Below, piece after piece: positions 26,641 to 39,676 of a DNA stretch of 64,000 bases (position 1 is its first letter; each line of letters begins with the position of its first letter). Origin of the DNA: Octopus sinensis (Eukaryota); contig NC_042999.1 in the NCBI RefSeq assembly GCF_006345805.1, positions 131,998,001 to 132,062,000 of the forward strand, given 5' to 3'. The notes under the pieces are model-generated. The model saw nothing but the letters and a program-made list of their open reading frames with translations. It was not told where the DNA came from and searched no databases. The position numbers and the translations under genes are program-made.

Positions 26641-27382
26641 AGTAATCTGAATGCTAATGGGTTAGGACAATAAGAGGTAATTTGAGAGAGATTTTTGACT
26701 GCTATTTCTAACAGGTTGAATAGGTATGTAAATGCTACATTACCGAAGAAATAGTTTCAGTACAAACACTAGAAGTGAAGTATAAGTTCCTAAATTATTG
26801 TGAATCTTATATTTAATAGGCTGTAATGTAAACCTAACGGCAGTCTTAGTTTCTTAGAATTATAAAAACAATGGGATTGATACTCTAAGAGGGAACAGAA
26901 AAAAAAAACAATATTAAAATTCCAAAGTAAATGTAGTCTCCTGAAGACCTCAAAGTGCCAAGATAGAAAACATAATGAAGAATAGGAAGAGGTGAATGAT
27001 AGAAACACCATGAGATTAGAATCCTGCTAAAGTCAATATCTTAGTTGAATGTAAGGTATTCTTATATTTATTCCTGCCAGATCTCATCAAAATGATGTCA
27101 TTACCTGAACACCCATCTCCCTCTCTCTCATGACATTTAGCTGTAATTCTTCTTCTGCCTTCAGCAACTCTGGCTGGCAAGTCTTTCATATATTCATTCA
27201 CAGTGCTCTCAAGCTTTGTCTGTATTTCATTCAACCTCTGCTAATTAGTGCTGAAGCTTCTTAATGATGATGGTGATTGTAATGATGATGATGATGATGA
27301 TGACAGTGATGACAATGCAGTGTTGTTGTTGTGGTGGTGGTGATGGTAGCAGAAATCACCATGGTTTTCATTGTTATTATCA

Positions 27383-27383
27383 C

Positions 27384-27428
<45 letters not shown>
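27383..27428. repeat. (CAT)n microsatellite
   Basis: Seen directly; a complementary (GAT)n tract lies at 27264-27312. Confidence 0.95.
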
Positions 27429-27429
<1 letters not shown>

Positions 27430-28177
27430 TAATTATATTTGTTGATTGCAGAACATTATTTTAGATAACATCTTACAGATGTTCTCAGTAATATTCCTTT
27501 GTCTCTGTATATCCCCCTCCTTCCACCTCTCATCTGTCTTGGATGGCACCCCCCACCTCACCCCACCCTGTAGTGTTTTCTTTTCCTTCCAGTCCTCCTA
27601 GCCAGTAACTCTTACACTACTCTCCCCACCACCACACATCTACACCATAGCTATTGCCTGCAGTAGACAGGATCTAATTAAAATACACTTTGTACTGTGA
27701 TCTGAGCAGAATATTAAAGGTTAAATATGGCAACTATGTCAACAATCAGGCATTGATGTTTGAAAGTTTGTGATGATATCAAAATTCAAGCATACCTCAA
27801 CTTCCGTTGCTAATTTGTTCCAAGATGTGCAGCTTAACTCATAAAAATGATGTAATAGGTACCAGCATGGCTGTGTAGTAAGAAGCTTGCTTCCCAACCA
27901 CATTGTTCCAGGTTCAGTCCCATTGTGTGGCATCTTCTACAATAACCTTGGGCTAACCAAAGCCGTGTGAATGGATTTGGTAGATGGAAACTGAAAGAAG
28001 CCTAACGTATATGTACCTATGTGTGTGTGTGTGTCTTTGTGTCTCTGTTTCTCGCAACCCAACACTTGACAACCAGTGTTGATGTGTTTATGTGCCCCAT
28101 AACTTAGTGGTTCGGCAAAAGTGACCAACAGAATAAATACCAGGCTTTAAAAAACACAAGTACTGGGTTTGGTTCAT

Positions 28178-28577
28178 TCTCTCTCTTTTACTCTTTTACT
28201 TGTTTCAGTCATTTGACTGCGGCCATGCTGGAGCACCGCCTTTAGTCGAGCAAATCGACCCCGGGACTTATTCTTTGCAAGCCCAGTACTTATTCTATCG
28301 GTCTCTTTTGCCGAACCGCTAAGTGACGGGGACGTAAAAACACCAGCATCGGTTGTCAAGCAATGCTAGAGGGACAAACATATACATACACATACACATA
28401 TATATATATATACATATACATATATACGACAAGCTTCTTTCAGTTTCTGTCTACCAAATCCACTCACAAGGCTTTGGTCGGCCCGGAGCTATAGTAGAAG
28501 ACACTTACCCAAGGTGCCACGCAGTGGGACTGAACCCAGAACCATGTGGCTGGTTAGCAAGCTACTTACCACACAGA
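28178..28577 (-). mobile_element. Young tRNA-derived SINE inserted in reverse into an older copy of the same family (27865-28177 and 28578-28645, +)
   Basis: Family head ctgtgtggtaag...ggttcagtcccactgcgtggcaccttggg and tail atgactgaaacaagtaaaag. The host copy resumes at actaaaagttcttcaaagcggtg. Confidence 0.85.
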
Positions 28578-31062
28578 CTAAAAGTTCTTCAAAGCGGTGC
28601 CTCAGGATGGCTGCAGTCTAATGACTGAAACAAGTAAAAGATGATGACAAGTGACCGAGACCTTTGTCAATATGCCGTGCTTGAAAAGAGTCATCAAGCC
28701 AAATTGTAGTTGTGGCCAATGCTGGTATCACATAACTGGCACCAATGCCAGTGACACATAAAAAGCACCCTTCGAACGTTGGGCCTCAGGGAGGCAAGGA
28801 CAAGTGACTGGAACCTTTGGCAATATGCCGTGCTTGGTAAGAGCCATCAAGTCAAGTGAAATCATAGTTGTGGCTGATGCCAGTAGCATGTAAAAAGCAC
28901 CCATTACATTCTTGGAGTGGTTGGTGTCAGGAAGGGCATCCAACCACTGAAACCATGCCAAATCCAACCGGAACTTGGTACAGCTCTCTGACTTACCAGT
29001 TTCAGTCAAACCATCTGACTCATACCAGCATGGCAAGCAGATGCTAAATAATGATGATGATGATGGTGGTGGTGGTGGCGGCGGCGGTGACGACGACGAC
29101 AACAATGCAGTAGCAGCAGCATTGCTATTTCAGAAAACGAAAAATAGTTTCAGCATTTTGTAGTAAAACGTAGTACTACACTTTGGCAGTTTTTGATATC
29201 TTGGCATCTGACGCAGCTGGTGATATGCTAGGTTGACCAAAAGAACCAGCTGTTGCAAGCAAAAATAAATATTGAAAGAAAATGCATTTGGCCAAATTTG
29301 GACATACAATAGTTTAACATAATAGCGACAATATATATATATGACAGGTTTCTTTCAGTTTCCATCTACCAAATCCGCTCACAAGCTTTTGCTGGGCCTG
29401 GAGCTGTAGTACAAGACACTTGCCTAGTGTTCCACACAGTGGGACTGAACCCAGAACGGTGTGGTTAGGAAGCAAGCCTCTAAGTACACTGCTATGCCTG
29501 CACCTGCATTTAAATTATGTCTTTATTTCTCTGTAGTGTTACTATGATACTAACAGACTGACCATATTTTCATTTAATGTATTGTGTTTCTCAGCAATAG
29601 AAATCAGAATTATGTGAATAACATGCTGAATATGAAACACACAATAATATTTCCATTCATTCTGATTTAATATTCAATAGTAAATTTGATAGTAAATTTA
29701 TAGTATTCTATGTAACACCAGGGTTGAGAGATAATCAAACTCTTTAGCATGTAAACTGGCCAGATCTGGACTCTCACACCTTGTTTACAATGTCATTCTA
29801 AAAATAAGCAATTACATCATTGAAATCTCAAAGCTACAATATTATAATGTATGATTAATTCAAAACAATGAGAAGAGATAAAGCACCACATTTGACAGTG
29901 CAGACTGAATGCTAATGGGTTAACTATAACTGAGTGGAATGTAGGTGTTCTTTGCCCTTTATTGTTTTATTGCCATTTACCAATTGTTTCGGCACACTGG
30001 AACTTTTATTTGTTTATTGATTTATTTTAATGATCATGGGTAAAGCTGTGTTGTTAAGAAGCTGGCATTGCAACCATGTAGATTCAGGTTCAGTCCCACT
30101 GTATGGCACCTTGGACAAGTCTCTTCTACATCATCAGACCAACCAATTCCTTGTGGGTGAATATGGTAGATGGAAACTGTGGAATCATGCCATATGTGTG
30201 TGCATATCTATAAAGAGTGTGTCAGGTTTTTGAGGTCATTTGTACGAATGTAGAAGATGCTTAGCTCGTCGATGAAAAGTTATATTTGAAAACAAATTGG
30301 TACAGATAATCTTGAGAATTCATTTATCACACCTATTCAGAGAATCCACTGTTGGCATCAGAAGCATTGACTTACCCAGTTCGGCTGTGCCGTTTCATTT
30401 GCTGAGTCAACCTCATGTCTGACACTATCTGAAAAATAAGGTAAAAACAAATAAGTTAGAAGGTGCTAGTGTGGAAAATGGACGTTAAACGATGATGATG
30501 AAAGAGCTTTTGAAAGAGGTGTCCTCTACAAAAACTGATACACTCTGTTTGTGTGTGTGTGTGTGTGTGTTTATACATACACACATGTATGTATGTCTTT
30601 GTGTTTGCCCCTCCATCATCACTTTATTTCATTCAATTTGCCATCAAGGAGTAGCTTTGCCATCAAGAAGTAATAGCTGCAGGCTGGACAATAACATTAA
30701 TGAGATGAATGATGAAAAAAAAATGGTATTAATGAGGGAAGGCAGAAGACACCCGCCGATCTCTGCTTCTCTAAAACATCCACCATCACTTGACAACTGG
30801 TATTCATTTGTTTACATCTTTATAACTTAGCAGTTCAAGAAAAGATCCCAATAGAATGAGTACTGAAGTCAATTTGTTCAACTAGACCCTTCAAAGCAGT
30901 GCCCCAGCTACAGTTCAATGACTGAAACAAATAAAAAGAATTACCACACAGACTAAAAGTTCTTTTCACTTGTAGGTAGGGGGGAAAAAAAAAGAATATT
31001 TCAGGTTGTTCTTTAGCCAACTATAGTCACCCCTTCTTTCCTACCAGGAGGTTTATTTAGAA

Positions 31063-31305
31063 GAGTGCTTCTCAACCAGGATCCATATAAGATTTTGCTG
31101 TTAAAATTTATCTGTATTAAGTTGCGTATTACATTTACAATATGCAAAATATTTTAAGTTTTTTTCATACAATTCCTAAAAATATTTAATCATAAAAATA
31201 CCTTAGGATTTTTTTTTTATACATGTATTGAATAGCTATGGAGATCCAGTAAATTAAAATAGGAATCAAAGGGGCCCATAGGCAAAAAATGGTTGAGAAC
31301 CACAG
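31063..31305. mobile_element. hAT MITE, same family as 43162
   Basis: TIR gagtgcttctcaacc / ggttgagaaccacag; TSD atttagaa / atttataa. A degenerate reversed copy lies at about 4055-4365. Confidence 0.8.
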
Positions 31306-32077
31306 ATTTATAACTACATTATCTAATGTACCTCTCCTTTTCTTTCTTTTTTTTTTTTTTAAGTGTTTAAGCTAAAATTTGAGGAAGATTTATTGCTGAT
31401 CAAGTGACAGGCTCTTTTTTTAGTTCATGTTTTGTCCATAGTTAGATTAAAACTCAGTATTGTAAGAAAGCGAAATGTTTATGTGTTAAACTGTTTGTGG
31501 TACAAAAACTCGAGGATTAAGTTGTCACATTCTTAAAACATATCTCTTATTCAAAATTCTTCGAGTCTCTAGAATTGCAATAATAGTGAATGAAAATATC
31601 TGCTAGCATTAAGAATTTTTTAGTTTCATTGACTCTGGTGATTGTAGAAGAGTTGTCATCACTACCATCACCATGACAACATATCACCAATGCACCGATT
31701 CTTCTGTCCCCACAAAAAAATTTCACCAACATTACAACTATCACTACTAACACTGTTGTCAGTCAATCCGGCATCAACAGTAAATAGCCCATGTCTCATT
31801 CTCTTTATTTGCTGTTTGTTTAAAAAAATTTTTTTATTGTAGTTTAATTATTAATAATTTTTTAGTTTACAGGTTATTAAGACATTTGTATGTGCATATG
31901 TGTGTATGTATCAGTCTCTGTCTTTCTTTCTCTCTCTCTCTCACTCACACACACACACACACATGTATGTGCATAGTTAGATTAAATTAGATAGTTACAC
32001 AGACAGATTAGATAGCTTGATAATTATATACATGAGATGAGATTGATAAATAAGTTAGCTAGTTACACAGACAGCTA

Positions 32078-32116
32078 GATGGATGGACGGACAGACAGAC
32101 AGACAGACAGACTGAC

Positions 32117-32157
<41 letters not shown>
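32078..32157. repeat. (GATG)(GACA)n(GATA)n compound microsatellite
   Basis: Seen directly. Confidence 0.95.
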
Positions 32158-32158
<1 letters not shown>

Positions 32159-33883
32159 AATTCACTTGCCATTGATATTTTCATTAGTTATAACATGTAT
32201 GGAAGCCCAGCTTCTGTTTATTGGTTCCTCTCACAGTTAACTCTAACCACTTAGCCAAGACAATTTAAATAATTCTGTGTTTTCAAGCAAGCCAAAATTT
32301 AATCTTAAATAGAAGTTATATAATTATTTCCCATTTTTCACATGTGCAGCTATAACCTGTTACATGGTGACAGCAAATACTCTAGTTAAGTGATGGATTT
32401 AATATGTTACCTGGTTTAATATCACCACCTGGCCCTTGGATGTCTTTAGCTTCAGGATAACTATGTCCTGTTCATCCAGTCTTAGAGACCTTGTAAAGAG
32501 GCCTCAAGCATTGTGCTTCCTTCCTGACTGTGTGTGTGTATGTGTGTGCACGTCCATGCGTGTGGGTGTGTATTTGTGTGTGCGTGTGTGCATGCATTCT
32601 GTCAACCAAAATCACTTGAAATGCATAAGTCAGTAGTAGAATGCTCACCTGGGTGCCATGCTGTAGGTTTGAACCCACAATTATGTGATGTGTTTCTGAA
32701 ACGAACTTCTGGACCACATAACCATACATGTACCTATACACATTTATATATATACATATGTATAAATACATATATGTGTGCATGGCTCTATGGTTATAAA
32801 GCTTGCTTCCTAACTGGGTTTACACCTTAGGCAAGTGTCTTATACTATAACCCCAGACCTACCAAAGCCTTGGGAGTGGATTTTGGTACAGAGAAACTAA
32901 AAGAAACCTCTTGTGTGTGTGTGTGTGTGTGTGTTTTAGTGTCTCCTTGTCTTGACATCACTTGAAGCAGTTTCATTCATTTAGAGTATTTTGAAAGAAC
33001 AGGTGAGGATTGGTGGTATAAAGGGGATCTAGCTGTAGAAAATCTACTTCAAATAAACTTGGACGTTAAATAATGATTAGATATATAATGCACAACATAT
33101 ACATCAGAAGAACTGAAATAAATCTAAACATTAGAAAACCTCACTTTTGATTAAATATGTTATTGATATGGAAAAAACACAGAGGGAGTCTCTGATGGAC
33201 TGTTTAATGATTTGTTTACTGCTCCTCAAAGATAACATACTATGCTCTCTTCCTCAGTCAACAACATAGGTTAGCTGCTTATACAAAGCTGTCATAAATA
33301 AGGCTAGCTCTGTTTTGGATTGTCTGATTTGCATATATATGCTTTTAACAGCTCGTCATTAAAGAATTAATGTTTTCTGAAAATATAGTGTAAAACAGAT
33401 GTGAAATAAATTATGCATTACAAAGCCTCTTTGGGTTAAATAAAAATGTGAAGAAAAGAGAGGTACATAAGTATGTATGTTTCTGTGCGTGTATCATACT
33501 TACGTGTATATCTATATGCACAAATGCAACGCACCCCTTTTAAAATACTCCACACACCACACACTTAGTTGGAAGGGGGCTTTTTTCTTTTTTCCTTTTC
33601 TTGATCTTTTCCTCCCTTACAAGTTACATGGCACCCAGTACACATTGTAGAGTAGTTAATTTTGGAGAAGGGTGCCCAGCCATAGAAACCATGCCAAAGC
33701 TGATGTCAGTGCTTTTGGTGCAGCCTTGTGGTTCACCAAAACATGTCAAACTGTCCAACCCACACCAGCAAGGAAAACAGCAGTTAAATGATGATGATGA
33801 TGATGATGTATCCATTTCAGTTTATATTACTAGTTATAGGTGTGTGTGTGATGATGATGATTATTATTATTATTATTATTATT

Positions 33884-33920
<37 letters not shown>

Positions 33921-34428
33921 TAGGAACGAATTAAGTAAGGCATTTAAGAAAATCCTGCACACAACTGGCTTAAGATCAAAGTTGTAGAAACAACAGATAG
34001 GACTATCAAATCTAGTAAAATCATACCCATTTGATAGAATCACGTGTCAGGATAATTGTGCAGTATGTTCTACAAAGCCACATATGAACTGTAAAAAGAA
34101 AAACACTCTATACCAGATTAAGTGCCAAGAAGGGGCTTGCGCGATTATCCCAGAGTAATATATTGATGAGACTTCTAGGAGCATCAGTGATAGGTTCAAA
34201 GAACACCTGGACAACTACACTGAAAGAAAAAAAACTCCATCTTCTATCAGCATGCTGTAGACTGCCACAATGGCTCCTGAAGGAGACTTAGGTTAGACAT
34301 CTTATCTACACATCCCACTGATGCAATGCTGAGACAAGTCACTGAAGCTGCCTGTCATACAGGAGTACAAACCCACCCTTAACCGTAAATCCAAATGGGG
34401 TAACACCCAGATTCTACTCCCATCTATA
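33921..34428 (+). mobile_element. Penelope-like retroelement fragment: Cys-rich linker plus GIY-YIG endonuclease, disrupted
   Basis: Translation across frameshifts: KIKVVET...LVKSYPFDRITCQDNCAVCSTKPHMNCKKKNTLYQIKC...YIDETSRSISDRFKEHL...YQHAVDCH...AMLRQVTEA..IQEYKPTLNRKSKW. Begins right after a (TG)n tract. Confidence 0.88.
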
Positions 34429-34638
34429 ATCACCCCTTTCTCTCATTTACATGTAGAAATCCATACATGTTGAGATGCATGATACTGGAATATATTTAGT
34501 TATATATAATCGTATGAGTGTACATAGATTAATACGTATATATGTGTAGATGTATGTGTACATGTGTCTGTATGTGTTGTGTGTTGTATGAGTATACATG
34601 CATGCACGAATGTGTGTGTATGTATGTATGTATGTATG

Positions 34639-34670
<32 letters not shown>

Positions 34671-35219
34671 AATAAGAATAATATTAAAAAAGGAGGAAAA
34701 AAGCAAATTTGGATTTTAACCGTCATCCGCGAAAATAGTGACATATGTGTAGATGGATAAGTGTATATGTGCGTGTACTACAAGTTTATACGTATATATG
34801 TGAGTGTATTATAAGTGTGTATATGATTGTGTGTGCTTGTCTATATGTATAGGTAGGTTTATATTTACAAGTATGTATCTAAGACATTGTATCCATTCAC
34901 CGTTAGACGGTGATGAGAGGGACACACACACATGTATATATGTATATATATGTATATATATATATGTGTGTGTGTGTGTGTACGTATATACAACCTTCGA
35001 CAAAGTAACGGAATTGTCAGTGATTAGGTCGCGGTCTCAAAGCGACGAAAATATTTTGGCAAATTAAATTTAAATGTTGAAGTGAATCTAACAGCTTTTG
35101 TGTGTTTTAAGTGGCTTATAAACACCTTCTACGCTACAATTGTTTTTGTTTCAGCTCATGATCTCAGATCAGGTCACTTGCTATGCAAGTACATCTCCGT
35201 AATATGTAATATATATATA

Positions 35220-35271
<52 letters not shown>

Positions 35272-37704
35272 TCTTTCCAGGGATTTGAGAAAAGCTTGTC
35301 ACTTGATTGGGGTTTTAACTAATTCTCCTTCAAATACTATTTGTTTTAGGCAAATTAGTAAACGCTCCCACACACATACATACACACAAGAAAAAGAAAA
35401 GAAGATATCAGAGAATATTCTAATGGCTCCTCCTTCTAAACATACACCCCCTCTCCTCCTCCTCCCCCACCTACTCCCACTAGATTTCAGTTTCCTTTAC
35501 ACAGAATCAACAACCTATTTCAGTTCGGTTTCCTGTCTCACAAGTTTATTCATCTCTCTCGTGTACTCTTAGATATTTCATTTCTTTCAATGATTATAAA
35601 TAGCTAGCCATCTTTTATAAATATAGCTTCATCTCTTTTCCACCTCCCCCCCACATACACCTTCTCTATACATTCGCCGCTACACCATCACCCCCTCTCT
35701 CTCCCATTGACACATATGTTTAGTATCTATTTATAGGCTTAGCTCTCCTCTGTTTCCTGCTATCTAACCTATTATTGCTCAGGTCAGCTAATTTACACAC
35801 CTATCTGCTCTTAGTTTGATCAATCATCATTGAAGCCAGTTTAAATTTGCAGCTGCTTTTGCCCCCCCCCCCCCTTTTTTTTTTTTTTTAAAAACTCTTT
35901 TCTAAATCTAAGGGAAAGATGTCGTTTCTATCTCCAGTCTTTCTTCTCAACCAACCTTGCTTAAATGTGGTTGAGGCTAGAGGCTTCTTAAAAGTAAGCA
36001 CAAGAACCAAACAACAATGAATGAATTATCTTAGATTTTGGCAGATGTCTGTGGTAATATTAAATTAAGAAATAATTCATTATAGCTTAAATAATTGTTT
36101 ACTTTTCAAGCTGCGTCTTCCATCACGACCACCACTGCTGCCCCAGCTTATACTACTACTGCTGCTGCTTATTCTACCACTACTACTACCACCACCACCA
36201 CTGCTACTACTATAGTTACTGTTTTCCTGAACTGGCTAGTTGTCTACCACTTCTGCCTTGTCCCACTAAACACATCAATCTTTTCTCCTTTTGCCATCTC
36301 AAATCATCACTTACCAATCCTTCCTCCCCTGGAATAGAATTTTCCCCCCACCACCACACACACCTATAATTTTTCCAGCAGACATTAATTTACAAATGTT
36401 GAAGATGAATATAAATGCAGAGTAGAGGAAGGTTCCATAGGTCAGAGGTATTGCTCCTTTCTACCTAACACATAAAAATGGTCACAATTAGTGTCTTGAT
36501 TGTTACAATTAAGGTTAATCTCTGTTGCCAATAAGGAAATAGAAACGTGAATCAGCGTTTAATAACTTTTAGCAGCATTGGTTATAAACATCTGCAAGAA
36601 AGACATTTAATGGATGATATATTGGTTATGTGACTGTCTCTTTCTTCCGTTCAGTTGTATCACTCATAGTTTTATCTTAACCCTCTAGCTTTCTGATTAT
36701 TCTATTAAGTGTAATGTTTATTTATTCACATTGTTTTGAATTAATCATGCATTATCTTGCAGCTTCAAGATTTTGGTGATGCAATTGTTTATTTTTGAAA
36801 TAACATTTTAGGGTAGGTGTGAAAGATCTAGTCAGTTTAAACATAAAACAGGTAGATTATCTGGGCCAGATATGGCCAGTTTAAATGTTGATGTGTTAAG
36901 GATGTCAAGAAGCAGATGATATCATGTTTGTTACTTGACTGCAGTTTTGTCAGTAACATGGTAAAATGATATCACTAATATCATTGTTATCAATAACTAA
37001 ATGATATCATTAAAAAAAACAGCAATTGCAAATGTTTAAGATTTTAACAAGAGATATCAAAGATATATATATATATTAGTTAACCCATTTAAGTTTGAAA
37101 ACTTAGTTTATCCTGTGATCAGAGCTTAATTGTTGAGATTAAGTATTTATTTATCTTTCAAACTAGTAAAATAAATAGTAAAATAGTACTTTGTACTTGT
37201 ACAATAACAGTAAATTACTTGATATCATGTAATCAGATATCTCCATCAACACTTTATTTTTAATTCTTTAGTATACAGTATGATTTCCCAAGTTTATCAG
37301 TAGGCACCCACCGCCATCTCTCTCTCGCTCTCTCTCTCTCTCTCCCTCCCTGTCTCCTCATAATATTAATATTGTTATTAGTTGAATGTTACTGATAGTC
37401 TTAGTTTAAAATATCTGGGCTATCCTCATTTAGGAAACAGGAAAATGAACAGGAATATCACTGCTATCAGTACTTGGGAATGAAAGGGGTCTTATCTAGG
37501 TGATATCAGACATATTTCTGTGTGATGTATCAGAATTATCATGGGGAGTGGAGGGGGTTTCTTTGATATGAACTAGATGGTTTTTAACAGATGTTACTGT
37601 GTAAGAAAGGTATCAGGCAATGTCACTGTACAGCATCAAGGATTTCAACTAGCAGAATGAGTTCAAAGATATTACAGTCTCATATCAAGAATATTACTTT
37701 TGTG

Positions 37705-38052
37705 TGGAGGCGCAATGGCCCAGTGGTTAGGATCATGGTTTCGATTCCCAGACCAGGCGTTGTGAGTGTTTATTGAGCGAAAACACCTAAAAGCTCCACG
37801 AGGCTCCGGCAGGGATGGTGGTGATCACTGCTGTACTCTTTCACCACAACTTTTTCTCACTCTTACTTCCTGTATTTCAAAGGGCCGGCCTTGTCACTCT
37901 CTGTGTCACGCTGAATATCCCCGAGAACTACGTTAAGGGTACACGTGTCTGTGGAGTGCTCAGCCACTTACACGTTAATTTCACGAGCAGGCTGTTCCGT
38001 TGATCGGATCAACCGGAACCCTCGTCGTCGTAACCGACGGAGTGCTTCCATC
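37705..38052 (+). mobile_element. Young tRNA-derived SINE with 12-bp TSD
   Basis: A box tggcccagtgg, B box ggtttcgattccc; TSD attacttttgtg at 37693-37704 and 38053-38064; CpG-rich. Older relatives at about 41010-41305 (+) and 42150-42465 (-). Confidence 0.88.
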
Positions 38053-38737
38053 ATTACTTTTGTGCAATCAGATATTTTAATCCCCATAGCAATAAATGCA
38101 GACTTGTCTGAGTAGTTGAGAGCTCCACTTAGAAAGTAATTGGTTTTGGGTTCAGTTCATCTCCTTAATAAAATCTCTAGCAAGTGTCTTTTACTATATT
38201 CTACTGTAGCAACAGGTTGACAAATGTCACGTGAACACATTTGATATGTAAAAACTGTGTGTGCATGTGCATGCAAACATGTGTATGTACATGTTTGTCT
38301 CTCCTACTAGCTTGTCTTTGTGTTGATTTATTTACTTCCCCAATGAGGTCAGTTAAACTTTTCAATGCAATGCCCCAGCATGACCTTAGTCCAGTGGCTG
38401 AAGCCAGTTACAGAGTATATCAGATATATGTGAGGTATCTAAGATTTAGGATATCACATTGGGTGGGTATCAATGATAATTACTAACTAGATATCAGAAG
38501 TATCTGGAATACAAGTATATCAGGGGTAATACAATGTTGTGTACCAGGAATATTGTGTAGGGATCAAGGATTTTAACCCTTCAACATTTAAACTGGCCAT
38601 ATCCGACTCAAGTATTTTACATGTTTTATATTCAAACTGGCCAGATTCAGTCCCTCTTACCTTCCCAACAATGTCATTCTAAAAATAAACAATATTGTTA
38701 AAATCTCATAGCTATGAGATAATGCATAATCAATTAT

Positions 38738-38985
38738 ACTGAAGAGATGATATGGTGGAAGCTACTGAGGGGTAGATGTAGTGGAAACTGTACTGAAGGA
38801 GAGGTCTGATGGAAACTACTGGTGCAAGCTATTGAAGGGATGATATAGTGGAAAACAGCGAGGGGTAGTTGTAGTGGAAACTGTATTGAAGGGATGATGT
38901 AGTGGAAAATAGCAAGAGGTAGATGTAATGAAAATTACTGAGTGGGAAGAGGTATGGTGGAAGATACTGAGGGAGAGATCTGGTA
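38738..38985 (+). repeat. Degenerate purine-rich minisatellite (gatgtagtggaaactgtactgaagg-like)
   Basis: About 9 recurrences of gtggaa at 22-27 bp spacing. Confidence 0.7.
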
Positions 38986-39274
38986 CTGACTATAGTAAAA
39001 GGGTAACTACAAAAAGCAGAAGCAGAGTATTTTTAAACCTTCTCTCGGCATTAGTTTTTTGGGTTTTTTTCAAATAGACAACCAGAATTTGTTCAACTAT
39101 TTCCACTCACTACTTACATTTACCCTCTAATATTATCAAAATATCGCCGATATTCAATTTTATTGATTTCCAGAAGAAATGCTTCTAATTCATGCCTTTG
39201 ATCTCAGATGTTGTTCTGTAATTTATTATTATATTGCATATTCTATATTTTGTTTTATATTTCTTTTATTACAG

Positions 39275-39386
39275 CGCATTTGGAATTGCTTCCAAATGTA
39301 CTATGCCTGCATTTCGGATGCATTTACGAGCCCATGGATGTATCACTAAAATATTCACTGCTTTGCACGATGCCTCTTCCAATCCT
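39275..39386 (+). CDS. WAPL: WAPL internal exon (112 nt): (S)AFGIASKCTMPAFRMHLRAHGCITKIFTALHDASSNP
   Basis: Acceptor ttcttttattacag at 39274, donor gtaagt at 39387. Starts with the last base of a split codon and ends in phase 0. Confidence 0.95.
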
Positions 39387-39676
39387 GTAAGTGTAAATAT
39401 ATATATATATACATATATTGTTTTTTTCATATATCTGAGCGGGAGTGGAGGGGGGAAAAGAAAGTTTTCTTCAAAAAATCTTCACTTTTAACTTCAATGT
39501 ATTGCAGCTCAGTTAAGAACTTCACCATTTTTAATTCATTTTTGCAAAAATGGTTATTCTGGTAATCTCTTTCTTTTCAGAATTAATCAAGTTTTTTTTT
39601 CCTTCTTATTGGTACATGGCTACACAAGAATCACATGAAAATTCATGAGGCATTCTGCATTTAATATATATATATA

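Noticed and set aside
27016-27234. 72-aa minus-strand ORF with protein-like composition
   Set aside because: No recognisable motif or convincing splice sites; probably a decayed LINE fragment.
37705-37752. tRNA gene
   Set aside because: The A and B boxes belong to a SINE head with the anticodon arm deleted; no cloverleaf.
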